DNA of 57,228 bases. It comes from Escherichia phage PHB10. Each line of letters opens with the position of its first letter. Position 1 is the stretch's first letter. The notes under the pieces are model-generated. The model had not been told where the DNA came from, made no database searches, and saw nothing but the letters and a program-made list of their open reading frames with translations. The position numbers and the translations under genes are program-made. This document shows positions 18,747 through 28,725 of the stretch, piece after piece. The stretch lies in sequence record MK524177.1, one strand, 5' to 3'.

Positions 18747-19580
18747 CTATTTTGTTATCTGCTTCAGCTGCGCATCAGCCCAAGCTTCTTCGATATCAAA
18801 CTTGGTGATTAACTGATCGTAAAATGGCTTAACAGACTTCTTCCAGCTATCGAGGCTGATTGTATCTGTTATCTGACACACCGCGGCGTAAGCCTCAGTG
18901 GAAGGGATTCGTTCATACCCCCGCCCGCTGCAGCGCTTGCAATGAGCCAGAACCGGAACGCCCTGCTTTTCTGTAAGAGCTCGGTTAATGGCTTTCCCGC
19001 GTCCATGGCAATCTCTACAGGCACAACTAACGACCTTCTTGCCCTTACACTGAGGGCAGAGAACGCGCGCTATCTCCCTGACCCGTCTGCGCACCTCGTA
19101 CTCAGAAGGTCGAATATCTTCGACGCCCATGTGCAAAGACATCTTCACGAATTTCTTCTCTTTAGCCGGAGTGTGAGACTTCATGCTGAATACATCAGCG
19201 TCAATAAACCCTTCCCCATTGCAGCCATCGCACTGCTTCACGCTGGCGGCGCTGCGGGAATAGTCCTCGAACGCGAAGGTGGCCAACTGATGCATCACCA
19301 GTGGCTTAACCCCGGCATCCAGTTTGCGCAGCGCAGCCACCCGATCGCACTTGAACAGCGCATACTGGGCCAGCAATTCGATCGCCCTCTCCCGGTCATT
19401 GTTGCTGATACCCATCTTCCCGAGAAAAGCGCTGTAACCCAAAGCTGCCCGTTCCTGCGTCATGCCCATAGCGGCCATGATATCCGTCCCGGTTAAAGAG
19501 TCTGACGCCGTTGCACGCGGAGAGTCGCTAATCATCGTCGATTTGGCGAAGTGATATTTAAGGGTGTTTTCAAGATTCAT
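18747..19580 (-). CDS. late-gene antiterminator Q-like protein with four CxxCxGxG zinc-finger repeats, putative
   Basis: Position between rusA and the lysis leader; repeats [32 protein letters not shown]. Confidence 0.55.
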   Translation of the reverse strand: MNLENTLKYHFAKSTMISDSPRATASDSLTGTDIMAAMGMTQERAALGYSAFLGKMGISNNDRERAIELLAQYALFKCDRVAALRKLDAGVKPLVMHQLATFAFEDYSRSAASVKQCDGCNGEGFIDADVFSMKSHTPAKEKKFVKMSLHMGVEDIRPSEYEVRRRVREIARVLCPQCKGKKVVSCACRDCHGRGKAINRALTEKQGVPVLAHCKRCSGRGYERIPSTEAYAAVCQITDTISLDSWKKSVKPFYDQLITKFDIEEAWADAQLKQITK

Positions 19581-19951
19581 GCAGTCTCCAGCTCGGTGAT
19601 GGTGAGTTCTAATTTCCCGCCCTTAACGACAGGCATTTTCACAACGCGATAATCCACAACCTGGCAGTCATCAAGCCAGAATCCCGCCTTGGTTAAAGCG
19701 TCGAATGCAGCTTTCTGCAGGTTATCCAGATCGCGGCGCCGGCGATCAGGCATGTGACATTCAATACGAATTTTGAGTAGTGCAGTCGTCCGGATATTTA
19801 ACCGGGCGCTTCGAATGACACTGGCCACGGCATAGCGGTACGCGACGCCCTCAGCGCTAATGTGAGTTCGCCCGCGGTTGTGCCGGTAATACCGGTTGTT
19901 GCTCGGCGGCCAGGGCAAAGTGATTTGATATGTATTCACTTTCACCCCCAC
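19577..19951 (-). CDS. rusA: Holliday junction resolvase RusA
   Basis: Near-identical motifs to E. coli RusA ([56 protein letters not shown]). Confidence 0.9.
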   Translation of the reverse strand: MGVKVNTYQITLPWPPSNNRYYRHNRGRTHISAEGVAYRYAVASVIRSARLNIRTTALLKIRIECHMPDRRRRDLDNLQKAAFDALTKAGFWLDDCQVVDYRVVKMPVVKGGKLELTITELETA

Positions 19952-20151
19952 ATCCGGTTTCGCCAGCGGCTATCCGCGCGCGCTGGCGTATTTGAGGTTG
20001 GCAGGAATGCACTTACAGTCCAGGTCACGTAATCCGGATTAAGGCTGCGCTCTACTCGCACGCCGCGCGCTTTGTAACGCTTAACCAGTTCTTCGGCCTG
20101 TTCGGTGCTGCAGTCGGTATGGTGAAACCAAGAATATTTCATGCCCTTCAC
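19942..20151 (-). CDS. hypothetical nin-region protein
   Basis: 69 aa ORF overlapping the rusA start. Confidence 0.35.
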   Translation of the reverse strand: MKGMKYSWFHHTDCSTEQAEELVKRYKARGVRVERSLNPDYVTWTVSAFLPTSNTPARADSRWRNRMWG

Positions 20152-20750
20152 CCCGCAAAGCCAAGCAGCTGCGCAGCGACATTTTCGGCCTCATCACGAC
20201 TGCGGAATGAACGGGACAGGACCCAGCGCCAGAGGACATCGAGCGCAGCTTTATAGAGTTGCTGGAACTCGAGCTCGTCCATGTTGGCGAATGAGATGCT
20301 ACGAGGGTGCTTTTTGAGGGTGCCGTCAGGTAGCTGAATAGCATCAAAGTGCCCTGCCTCGACGATCACCCAGGAGCGGTAAGCATCGAAGGATTTGCAC
20401 AGGCTAATGCCATTCGTGACGCGCCGGTAAGCAACCTGCTCAAGATACTGCTCAGCAGCATCGATCAGCGCGCCCTCATTCCCGCCATACGAAGCCAGGA
20501 ACCTGGCGTAGCCGGTGATCAGCTTCCGCTCGTTGCTAGATATAGCCCCGCCGGTTGGTTCCCAGTATTCAAAACCGAGATTGAGAAGCGCGAAAAAGCG
20601 CCGATGAAACGCCGGGTTACGTACCCGCCTGAACTCGGCAACAAGAACATCGCCGAACCGGGTTTTGGATTGCAGAATATCGCTGGTCTCGGGCGTAGCC
20701 GGGATCAGTATTCCTGAGTGGTGTTTGATAAGTTGTAATTCTAGCGCCAT
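20148..20750 (-). CDS. nin-region phage protein (DUF1367-like), function unknown
   Basis: 200 aa ORF; family assignment from memory only. Confidence 0.45.
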   Translation of the reverse strand: MALELQLIKHHSGILIPATPETSDILQSKTRFGDVLVAEFRRVRNPAFHRRFFALLNLGFEYWEPTGGAISSNERKLITGYARFLASYGGNEGALIDAAEQYLEQVAYRRVTNGISLCKSFDAYRSWVIVEAGHFDAIQLPDGTLKKHPRSISFANMDELEFQQLYKAALDVLWRWVLSRSFRSRDEAENVAAQLLGFAG

Positions 20751-20789
20751 GGTTCTCTCCGTGGCGCATCAGGTATAGGGTGTTCAGGC

Positions 20790-21032
20790 CTATGAAAGAA
20801 TAATATCAGACGGTGGTGTAACTCGGTACCCCAGCCGTTTTGCAAATTGCATAAACCCGTTGAGAGTGAAGATTTCTTCCTCTTCGAGTAACGGTCGTAA
20901 TGAAACTATTCCATTTACTCGATAAACCAGATATCTCCCTTCCGCCGGGAAGCTATAGATAACTGCTTTATCGGCCCTTCTGACCACGTCGTACCATTGA
21001 TCATCTGCATTAAAGGCATCTGTACTACACAC
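20790..21032 (-). CDS. hypothetical small protein downstream of the dinI-like gene (candidate antirepressor)
   Basis: 80 aa, GTG start with GGGGG SD; in the same transcription unit as the LexA-controlled dinI-like gene. Confidence 0.4.
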   Translation of the reverse strand: MCSTDAFNADDQWYDVVRRADKAVIYSFPAEGRYLVYRVNGIVSLRPLLEEEEIFTLNGFMQFAKRLGYRVTPPSDIILS

Positions 21033-21138
21033 TATTTCCCCCAGAGCGACTTATCGACGCGATAAACAGTAATCGGGAACAGCCAGGGGAACGCAAACAG
21101 CGATACTCTTTGAAACTGCTCCAGTGAAATTCACGCGA

Positions 21139-21363
21139 TTAATAAAACCACTCGTCCGCGCTTTCCCAGGTCTCCTGCAGGATATGTTCGACCTCTTTCT
21201 TGTCACCTCCGAAAACAGTCAAACCATCATTACTGGCACGTTTAATCGTTAGCTGGCAATCATCGAATTGCTTGCTAAGTCTTTTGAGCAGTTCTGACTC
21301 GAGAGCAGGTAAAGCTCCATCAGGAAGTTTCTTCATACGATCAATGGTTAACTCAATTTTCAT
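21139..21363 (-). CDS. DinI-like protein
   Basis: MKIELTIDRMKKLPDGALPALESELLKRL...ILQETWESADEWFY resembles E. coli DinI; start at 21363 with GGAGGG SD. Confidence 0.8.
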   Translation of the reverse strand: MKIELTIDRMKKLPDGALPALESELLKRLSKQFDDCQLTIKRASNDGLTVFGGDKKEVEHILQETWESADEWFY

Positions 21364-21382
21364 TATTCCCTCCGCAACGAAC

Positions 21383-21402
21383 AACTGTATGTATATACAG
21401 TA
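21383..21402 (-). promoter_or_regulatory. LexA (SOS) box overlapping the dinI-like promoter
   Basis: AACTGTATGTATATACAGTA fits CTGT-N8-ACAG; TTGCAA-N17-TATAAA promoter immediately upstream on the minus strand. Confidence 0.75.
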
Positions 21403-21789
21403 TATTTATAAACTTATGTTACGGATTTTGCAACGTTTTAAGAGCATACGATGGATATCATTGAGGTTGTGTGGCCCACACACGAACCAAAGGCCGCATC
21501 TATTTTAATGGCATATAGGGGGTTAGGTTTGAGGGCGAAGGCAATAATATGTTTGTTTTTTTGCATGACACACAAGCACCACATCCTGACCAGAGAGCCA
21601 TTAGTTCACCTTAAGGCAGAGGATGAGATGTCAGTTTTGTTCCAACAGCAGATATTGGCTGAATAGAATCAGTCGTGACAGCCGTCTAAAAGGCAACCGG
21701 AGGTTATCTGCCATTGGAAACGCGCTTGTAGGTATATTTTTCATTGGATTCGCAGCACGACTCGCAAACACATCTTCCTTAGCGGGCAA

Positions 21790-21812
21790 CAAAACCGCCG
21801 TGAGGCGGTTTT
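21790..21812. terminator. bidirectional terminator-like hairpin at the boundary of the cargo island
   Basis: accgcc-gtga-ggcggt with T-run on plus and A-run before. Confidence 0.4.
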
Positions 21813-21944
21813 TTTCGTTCTTTCGATGAATGGCGCGTCGGCTTTTGCTCATAGCAGACCTTCATCCTAGCCATCATGACCGCTTCGTGCCATATGTGCA
21901 CGTAGCTAACAACAATCTGAGTTACTAATCGGCGGACAAGGTCA

Positions 21945-22901
21945 TCATGTATTTTCAGGACAAAGATGCCGGCAGAACCAGTCAACAACCACATTGATGA
22001 CCTCGGGTTGATACCAGTGATAATCACCATGTTCGGCGCCTTCGATAAGTACGTAGTCCGCTTTATTTCCTTCGTCCAAAAGGCCTTCGTAAAGCGTTGC
22101 GCTCTGCTTTGGTGATACTAATGTATCTTTAGTGCCATGCATTATCAGGAATGGAGGTTTGCGCCCTCTAATATGTCCTATGGGGCTTGCATTTATCGCT
22201 TTCTCAGGTGTAGAAGCGATGGATGCGCCTGGAAAGTTCCTGAAAGCAACACCATTAATTAGCAGTGATTCCGTGACCGCAGGAGACTGATGCACTTTTT
22301 GACGGTGATCAGGAAAACCATCACCTATGTTACGCAGGTCTGATATTCCGTAAAGCGTGGCCACAGCCTGCACATCAGCGGACTGGCTGAGAAAATCGCC
22401 GTGTTCGAATGATTTATCGCCATTTGTGGTACCCAGCATCTGAGCCAGCCATCCTCCAGCAGAATCGCCAAATACACCAATTCGTGAGGGGTCAATACCA
22501 TAATCGGGGGCATGTTGACGAAGGTATCTTACTGCTGCTTTAGCATCTACTATTGGTGCAGGGAAGGTATCCGGGATTGTCCTATATTCTGCCGCAGCAA
22601 CAACAAAGCCAGCCTCCGCCAGGGCCATACGCATTTCCATAAATTTGTTGTGCTCAGCCGTCATAAATCCTCCTCCAGGAAAATAGATGATGGCTGGTTT
22701 CAAAAAACTGGTACGAGGCACCAGAAAAGACATGTGTAAATGCCTGACCGAGCGAGTGCTTTTAACTGTCTCATAAACAACATCGCTGATGTTATCTATC
22801 GGGTTACGCGTCATAGCGACCTGAATAATTTCTGCTCCATGAACATAACCGGGAAGATTGTAATGATCAGAAGATACTGCGCCAGTTTGTTTAGAAATCA
22901 T
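21945..22901 (-). CDS. alpha/beta hydrolase (esterase/lipase-type)
   Basis: GDSAGG nucleophile elbow, HGTKD, oxyanion region FPGGGF. Confidence 0.8.
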   Translation of the reverse strand: MISKQTGAVSSDHYNLPGYVHGAEIIQVAMTRNPIDNISDVVYETVKSTRSVRHLHMSFLVPRTSFLKPAIIYFPGGGFMTAEHNKFMEMRMALAEAGFVVAAAEYRTIPDTFPAPIVDAKAAVRYLRQHAPDYGIDPSRIGVFGDSAGGWLAQMLGTTNGDKSFEHGDFLSQSADVQAVATLYGISDLRNIGDGFPDHRQKVHQSPAVTESLLINGVAFRNFPGASIASTPEKAINASPIGHIRGRKPPFLIMHGTKDTLVSPKQSATLYEGLLDEGNKADYVLIEGAEHGDYHWYQPEVINVVVDWFCRHLCPENT

Positions 22902-23090
22902 AAAAAGCTTCCATTGAAAACAGATCTCCGAAGAATCGAATCCTCTATAACTATATCATCCCGTACGAGTCTAGTGAGATCGGTTCTTTCCCTGTATAAC
23001 TAATATAAATATTCATTCTCAAGACTTATCCATGCAAGTACAGTATTTGTGACAAATCCTGGGAAGTGATGTTTTTTCATTCAGAAACAG

Positions 23091-23525
23091 TTACGTCATT
23101 GGATTGCTGTTATTTTTGTTATATTTCAACCTGTCTTCACGAAATCGATCCGCATTTTCGACGATCCAGGTCCATAGCGGAATCATACGAACAAGCAGTT
23201 CCATACCAGTATCAGACAGCTCGTATTCGACTCGTGGTGGAACTTCATTGAAATCATGGCGGATAACAAGGCCGTCCCGCTCAAGTTGTCGTAATGTGCG
23301 CGTCAGCATGCGCTGAGTCACTCCGTGCATACGCCTACCAATCTCAGCATGGCGTAGTCTTCCATACACGCCAAGAGTGTTGATAACACCCAATGACCAG
23401 CGACTTCCTGCATGGGTCAGCACTTCCCGCCGTAAGCCATCATCATCGTCTCTCAGCCCCTTACAAACATCCTGCGAATACTGAAGAATCTCGTCCCGAT
23501 CCATTTCACTGACTCCCGGTATCAT
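23091..23525 (-). CDS. HxlR-family winged-helix transcriptional regulator
   Basis: Motif WSLGVINTLGVYGRLRHAEIGRRMHGVTQRMLTRTLRQLERDGLV; divergent from the NmrA-like gene; start probably 23525. Confidence 0.75.
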   Translation of the reverse strand: MIPGVSEMDRDEILQYSQDVCKGLRDDDDGLRREVLTHAGSRWSLGVINTLGVYGRLRHAEIGRRMHGVTQRMLTRTLRQLERDGLVIRHDFNEVPPRVEYELSDTGMELLVRMIPLWTWIVENADRFREDRLKYNKNNSNPMT

Positions 23526-23594
23526 ACATGTACCTTCTTTTTTAGCCTGTTGTGAATTGCTAGAGTGGCGCAACAATTCATGTAAGGCCAGATT

Positions 23595-24545
23595 ATGAAC
23601 AAAATTGATCTTAACACTACGTCTGAAAATATCCTCGTGCTCGGTGCCGGTGAGCTGGGCCTCCCCGTTCTGCGAAATCTTGCCCTTCGGGCAAAAGATT
23701 TGAAGGGAACAAAAATCAGCGTGCTGTTGCGCGAAAGTACCTTAACTTCAGATGAACCTGGAAAAAAATTAGTTCTCAAGGAAATCAGAAACCTCGGTAT
23801 TAATATTGTCACAGGTGATCTCGTCATGAGTTCTGTCGACGATTTGGCCAGCCTCTTTGCGCAATTTGACACAGTCGTTGGCTGCACGGGGTACGCGGCT
23901 GGAATAAATACACCGATGAAACTGGCGCAGGCGGCTCTGCAGGCGCGGATTCCACGATATTTTCCATGGCAGTTTGGTGCCGATTTTGATGCCATCGGAC
24001 GCGGCAGTCCACAAGACATCTTCGACGCGCAGATTGACGTGCGTGATTTACTACGCAGCCAGCATGAAACCGAGTGGGTCATCATTTCGACCGGCATCTT
24101 CATGAGCTATTTGTTCGAACCAGACTTCGGTGTGGTCGATCTACAGAACGATACTGTTCACGCACTCGGCAGTATTGACAACACCATGACGCTGACAACA
24201 CCGGATGATATCGGGATGCTAACGGCAGCGATTGTATTTAACACTCCTCGCATTCGGAACGAAATTGTATATATCGCCGGTGATACACTGACCTACGCAG
24301 ATGTGGCAGATAAGCTGCAATCAGCGCTTGGCCGTCCTTTCAGCTGCACGGAATGGAGCGAACAACATCTGATGGATAAACTGGCGCTCAACCCGCAAGA
24401 CATGATGTCTAAGTATCGTGCCGTTTTTGCACAGGGGCGGGGAGTTGCTTGGGATAAAAAGCAGACATTCAATGAACGCCATAACATTCCGGTTACCGAT
24501 GTGGCAGCCTGGATTAATGCAAACCTGATCCCAGGCAGCTCATGA
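23595..24545 (+). CDS. NmrA-family NAD(P)-binding oxidoreductase
   Basis: N-terminal Rossmann motif VLGAGELG; typical HxlR/NmrA divergent pair. Confidence 0.75.
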   Translation: MNKIDLNTTSENILVLGAGELGLPVLRNLALRAKDLKGTKISVLLRESTLTSDEPGKKLVLKEIRNLGINIVTGDLVMSSVDDLASLFAQFDTVVGCTGYAAGINTPMKLAQAALQARIPRYFPWQFGADFDAIGRGSPQDIFDAQIDVRDLLRSQHETEWVIISTGIFMSYLFEPDFGVVDLQNDTVHALGSIDNTMTLTTPDDIGMLTAAIVFNTPRIRNEIVYIAGDTLTYADVADKLQSALGRPFSCTEWSEQHLMDKLALNPQDMMSKYRAVFAQGRGVAWDKKQTFNERHNIPVTDVAAWINANLIPGSS

Positions 24546-24652
24546 TAGACGTATTTAGGCTGCTGTAATAAATACCAGAGTCTTTCTCCTGCCTACCCGA
24601 ATAGGTGATGAGAAAGACTCTGTTCCCCCTGTTGGCACTGATAGTAAAGCGG

Positions 24653-25513
24653 TTAAGCTGTGTGAGCTGAAAACCGGCTCTCCGGTAAACCGGGGAATAC
24701 GGCTGATTTCGCTCTTAGCAGCGCTCCATCATGCCTTGACGGCACAGAAAGACCCACGCTGGCACTAGTACAATACAGCGTTGTGAATGCTTCTCCCGCG
24801 AGTGTCGGGCAAGTGCTCTGAATTCCTGGGGAGGGCAGGATACGATCCGTCGTTCCGTCCGGACGATAACGTACAACACGGCTTCCTCCCCATTCGGCAT
24901 TCCAGATATAGCCCATTGCGTCCACGCAGGAGCCGTCAGGCGCCCCCTTTCCCTCTGTTGCAGTGAACACACGCTGGTTATTCATAGTGGGATAATCACA
25001 GCACAATATACGGCCCTGCATCGAGTCACAGTAATACATCGTGCTGCCGTCCGGACTGAAGCAGATGCTGTTCGGGATGGACACCTCAGGCAGGGGTAGC
25101 GTTTCAATGCTGAGTGTCGCTGCATTTAGCCTGTGAAATTTTCCGATGACTTTCGCGGGGTACCCGTCATCCATGGTCCCGAAGACGAAATTACCCTCAC
25201 GGTCGCACCGACCATCCCCTGTCCGTGTTCCCGGCCCTCCCGGTGACCCCACTACCGGTGTAAAGATACCCGTATTCAGATCGCAGAAGGCGAATCTGGA
25301 CGCCAGCCCCATCAGTAAAACGTCAGAATTTTCAGTAAGTGCAAACGATCCGAGGCGCTCAGGCAGCGACCAGCGCATCACAACACCGGTATCTTCTTCA
25401 AGGGCAAGCAGCTCGCTGCCTTCAATGTCAGTCCAATAAATCCTGCGAGTCCTCTCGCACCAGATTGGGCACTCTCCAAGCAAATTTCTGGTATCAGCAG
25501 CCACTGAAAACAT
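24653..25513 (-). CDS. SMP-30/gluconolactonase/LRE-family protein
   Basis: Beta-propeller-like repeats (GECPIW, DxxG motifs); start MFSVAADT at 25513 with GGGAGA SD. Confidence 0.75.
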   Translation of the reverse strand: MFSVAADTRNLLGECPIWCERTRRIYWTDIEGSELLALEEDTGVVMRWSLPERLGSFALTENSDVLLMGLASRFAFCDLNTGIFTPVVGSPGGPGTRTGDGRCDREGNFVFGTMDDGYPAKVIGKFHRLNAATLSIETLPLPEVSIPNSICFSPDGSTMYYCDSMQGRILCCDYPTMNNQRVFTATEGKGAPDGSCVDAMGYIWNAEWGGSRVVRYRPDGTTDRILPSPGIQSTCPTLAGEAFTTLYCTSASVGLSVPSRHDGALLRAKSAVFPGLPESRFSAHTA

Positions 25514-25611
25514 GTTATTTCTCCCGCATATAAAAGTTTCGCATCGCCTGAACAATAGCTTACGGCCATCTGCACTATGGCAGAGCGCCGTAAGGAGCAT
25601 TCCCCACCCTG

Positions 25612-26085
25612 TCAGGGCAAAAAACGCGCTGAAAGTTTGTCACCAAAAAGCATGATGGCGAGTCCTGCCAGCATGACCAGCATGCCCCCCAGTTTGAGCA
25701 GCGAAACCGGTCGCCTAACAGCACCCAGCAGACCGAAATGGTCAATCATTTGCGACGAGAGTAACTGCCCAACGATTGCCAGCCCTAGCAGAGCTGAAAA
25801 ACCGATTTTCGGTGCCAGCACTACGTAGCTGAATAACGCACAGGCACCGATCAGACCGCCCGCCAGACTCCACGCAGGCTGCGAAGGAATAGCAGCGAGA
25901 GAGGTAAATAACCCTCCACGAAGCAGCGAGTAAATCCCGAGACTCAACGCCCCGGCCGTAAATGAGAAGAATGCGGCGGTAACCGGGTCCCCCCCGAGTC
26001 CTTTTGCAAGCTGACTGTTCAGGGTCGTCTGCAGAGTAATACCAAGACCCGCTGCAAAAGCTATTACGTAATAAATCGCGCTCAT
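25612..26085 (-). CDS. small DMT-superfamily membrane transporter, putative
   Basis: 157 aa, four to five hydrophobic helices. Confidence 0.65.
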   Translation of the reverse strand: MSAIYYVIAFAAGLGITLQTTLNSQLAKGLGGDPVTAAFFSFTAGALSLGIYSLLRGGLFTSLAAIPSQPAWSLAGGLIGACALFSYVVLAPKIGFSALLGLAIVGQLLSSQMIDHFGLLGAVRRPVSLLKLGGMLVMLAGLAIMLFGDKLSARFLP

Positions 26086-26099
26086 GCTGTTTTTCCCTG

Positions 26100-27497
26100 T
26101 CAGTTTGCCTGTACCAGCGGCAGAAATTTCTCCGCAAAGATGTCCGGCTCATACCCGGCGGCAGCAAAAAGGTGTTCGCGTGATTCATCGATGGCAGCAC
26201 GAAGACGCTCGCTGTCCACGCCCAGAACTTTACCGTTCTTCTTGACGATGCGCCCGCCAATCATAACGGTATCGATGTTGCTGCGTTCAGTTGCATGCAC
26301 CACCGTCCCGAAGGCATTCCCGTTCGGGTAGAGATTGAGATCAGCAGCATTAATCAGGATCAGGTCGGCCTGTTTTCCTGGCGTCAGGCTACCCACTTTA
26401 TCCTGTAGCCCGGCACAGGTCGCACCATCGACGGTCGCCGACTTCAGCAGTTGCGCTGCCGGGAGCGTTGTTATTGAATGCCCTGAATCACAGCAGTGCT
26501 GCTTATGCATACCCATTACTCGCTGCAGATAGAACGCCACGCGCATTTCCATAAACATATCTGTGCTGTAAGACGTTTCGTTATCCACGCTCAGGCCAGG
26601 ATTGATGCCATGGCGCTGTGCGGCCTCAATGGCAAACATCCCGCTTTCAATGCCATAGTGCGAATCTGAGCGCGGACAGACGTTCACCCGTACGCCGGCT
26701 TCACGCAGGATTTCCCAGCCCTCATCAGGTAGTGCGGTACAGTGGTTGAAGATATTGTCCGGGCCAAGCAGACCCTGCCGATGCAGAGATTCAAGCTCGG
26801 AGGCCATCTCAGCACCAAAGAATTCGGTCACGATCGGCAACCCCAGCCTGCGCGCTTCAGCCCATAATTCTGGCTCCAGCTGAGCCATAACCCCCAAAGT
26901 CACAAGACCCTCTGGGTTATCCCTGAAATACTTTTCCTGCAGACGCTGCCAGTTACCTGGCCAATGTGCACGATCCCATTCACCCGCAACCGGTGCGCCG
27001 GAAGCATGAATGGCGCGAATGCCGCTATCAAGCAGAGCCTCGACTGCAGCGTCGGAATGCGCTGCGGTACGGCTGTTATGCGAGTTATCGATCATCGTAG
27101 TGATACCCGCGTCAATCGCGCCCAGCGCCGTCAGCAGGTTGCCGACATAGATATCTTCAGGACGGTAATATTTAGCGAACGAAAAGTGCGTGGCGTTGCT
27201 GTAGTCGTCCAGACAGGTGGCGTTGGGGTTGATGCGGCGTAGCTGACCTTCCCAGGCGTGACGATGAGAATCAACCATCCCAGGCATGGCAATCATATTT
27301 TTGGCATCAATAACACGAGCACCTGGCGCGTCAAGGTTCTGACCAACGGCGGTAATGATTGAGCCGTTGATGAGAATGTCACCGCGCTCAATATTACCGA
27401 CGCTATCGTCCATACTCAGTATGGTTGCGCCGCGAATCAGCGTTACCGGCGGGTTTTCCGTCTGTTTCTTAACAATATTTCTGTTGTAATTGGTCAT
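26100..27497 (-). CDS. amidohydrolase-family metal-dependent hydrolase (deaminase-like)
   Basis: 465 aa with metal-binding motif MPGMVDSHRHAWEGQ and conserved downstream His/Asp residues. Confidence 0.8.
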   Translation of the reverse strand: MTNYNRNIVKKQTENPPVTLIRGATILSMDDSVGNIERGDILINGSIITAVGQNLDAPGARVIDAKNMIAMPGMVDSHRHAWEGQLRRINPNATCLDDYSNATHFSFAKYYRPEDIYVGNLLTALGAIDAGITTMIDNSHNSRTAAHSDAAVEALLDSGIRAIHASGAPVAGEWDRAHWPGNWQRLQEKYFRDNPEGLVTLGVMAQLEPELWAEARRLGLPIVTEFFGAEMASELESLHRQGLLGPDNIFNHCTALPDEGWEILREAGVRVNVCPRSDSHYGIESGMFAIEAAQRHGINPGLSVDNETSYSTDMFMEMRVAFYLQRVMGMHKQHCCDSGHSITTLPAAQLLKSATVDGATCAGLQDKVGSLTPGKQADLILINAADLNLYPNGNAFGTVVHATERSNIDTVMIGGRIVKKNGKVLGVDSERLRAAIDESREHLFAAAGYEPDIFAEKFLPLVQAN

Positions 27498-27639
27498 TGT
27501 AATCGTCTCTTTCAGATTAAGAAGGAAAACGATACGCCTCCCGATTAAGATGAAAAAGATGACTAACGTGTTTTCATAATTCAGAATTAACGAATAATAA
27601 TGGTTAACAACTTTACACGATATTCAGGAGAGCAGTCAG

Positions 27640-28527
27640 GTGGATCGCATTCAGGCTATGCAGGTTTTTTTAAGGGTGGCTGAAGCCGGAAGCTTTGTCA
27701 GGGCAGCGGAAACACTGTCCCTGCCTTCCTCTACTGTTACCAGCACCATCAAAAACTTGGAGAAATATCTGCAGGTGCGTCTGCTCAACCGGACCACAAG
27801 GAGGGTCAGCCTTACGTCTGAAGGTCTGCAATACCTGGCGCAATGCAGGGAAATCCTTGCCTTAATTGAACATACTGAAGCCAGTCTGGCTGATTCGAAC
27901 AAGCGCCCCCGGGGCCGCTTACGCGTTGATATGCCCGGCGGTATAGCCCATTTCATCGTTATGCCAAATCTGAAAGAATTCTACAGCCGGTATCCTGATA
28001 TTTACCTGATGATCGGTGTCAGTGACCGGCAAGTTGATCTGGTTCAGGAGGGTGTGGATTGCGTGATCAGAACCGGAGATTTGCTTAGCTCAACACTTGT
28101 TGCCCGTCCGCTTGGGCAGTTCCGCTGGATCACCTGCGCCTCTCCCGAATATCTCAGAAAGTATGGTATTCCACAGTCACCTCAGGATTTATCTCATCAC
28201 AGGGCTATTCATTATTTTTCAGGGCAAAACCGACGTACAGACGAATTGCGTTTTGTACATGGAACAGAAACGCTGTCTGTATCCGTCAGCGGGCAGGCAG
28301 CCGTCAATGAGACGGGACTCTATATAAAAATGTGCCTCGAAGGGTTCGGACTGGCGCAGCTTGCTGAAAACGTTGTAGCAGAACACCTGCAAAAAGGAAC
28401 ACTGGTTGAAGTCCTGGCCGACTGGCAGCCGTCGTCTGTTCCTGTCACTTTGCTTTATCCCCATCAGCGTTTTCTTTCACCCGCCGTACGCGCATTTGCA
28501 GACTGGGTAGATGAAATCTTTAGTTGA
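27640..28527 (+). CDS. LysR-family transcriptional regulator
   Basis: N-terminal HTH (MQVFLRVAEAGSFVRAAETLSLPSSTVTSTIKNLEKYL) and LysR substrate-binding domain. Confidence 0.85.
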   Translation: MDRIQAMQVFLRVAEAGSFVRAAETLSLPSSTVTSTIKNLEKYLQVRLLNRTTRRVSLTSEGLQYLAQCREILALIEHTEASLADSNKRPRGRLRVDMPGGIAHFIVMPNLKEFYSRYPDIYLMIGVSDRQVDLVQEGVDCVIRTGDLLSSTLVARPLGQFRWITCASPEYLRKYGIPQSPQDLSHHRAIHYFSGQNRRTDELRFVHGTETLSVSVSGQAAVNETGLYIKMCLEGFGLAQLAENVVAEHLQKGTLVEVLADWQPSSVPVTLLYPHQRFLSPAVRAFADWVDEIFS

Positions 28528-28725
28528 TATGTCTGTTACAGCCACCCGAGCACATTAAAAGTCAGCAGTATTCAGGATACCTGGCAGGACGGCAGGCTTT
28601 GCTTCGCGGATGCGTCCATTCCGGAACGGCGGCTTCACAGGTAAAGAGCTGTACCCAAAAATTCAATTCTCCGTTTTAAAAGTAACGCCTCCGGCTAAGA
28701 ACCCCAGCCGCATCCGGGGCCTCTT

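Noticed and set aside
21451-21829. Small plus-strand ORFs (71 and 68 aa) in the AT-rich spacer between the dinI-like gene and the cargo island
   Set aside because: No RBS and poor coding character by eye; the region reads more like promoter/terminator DNA.
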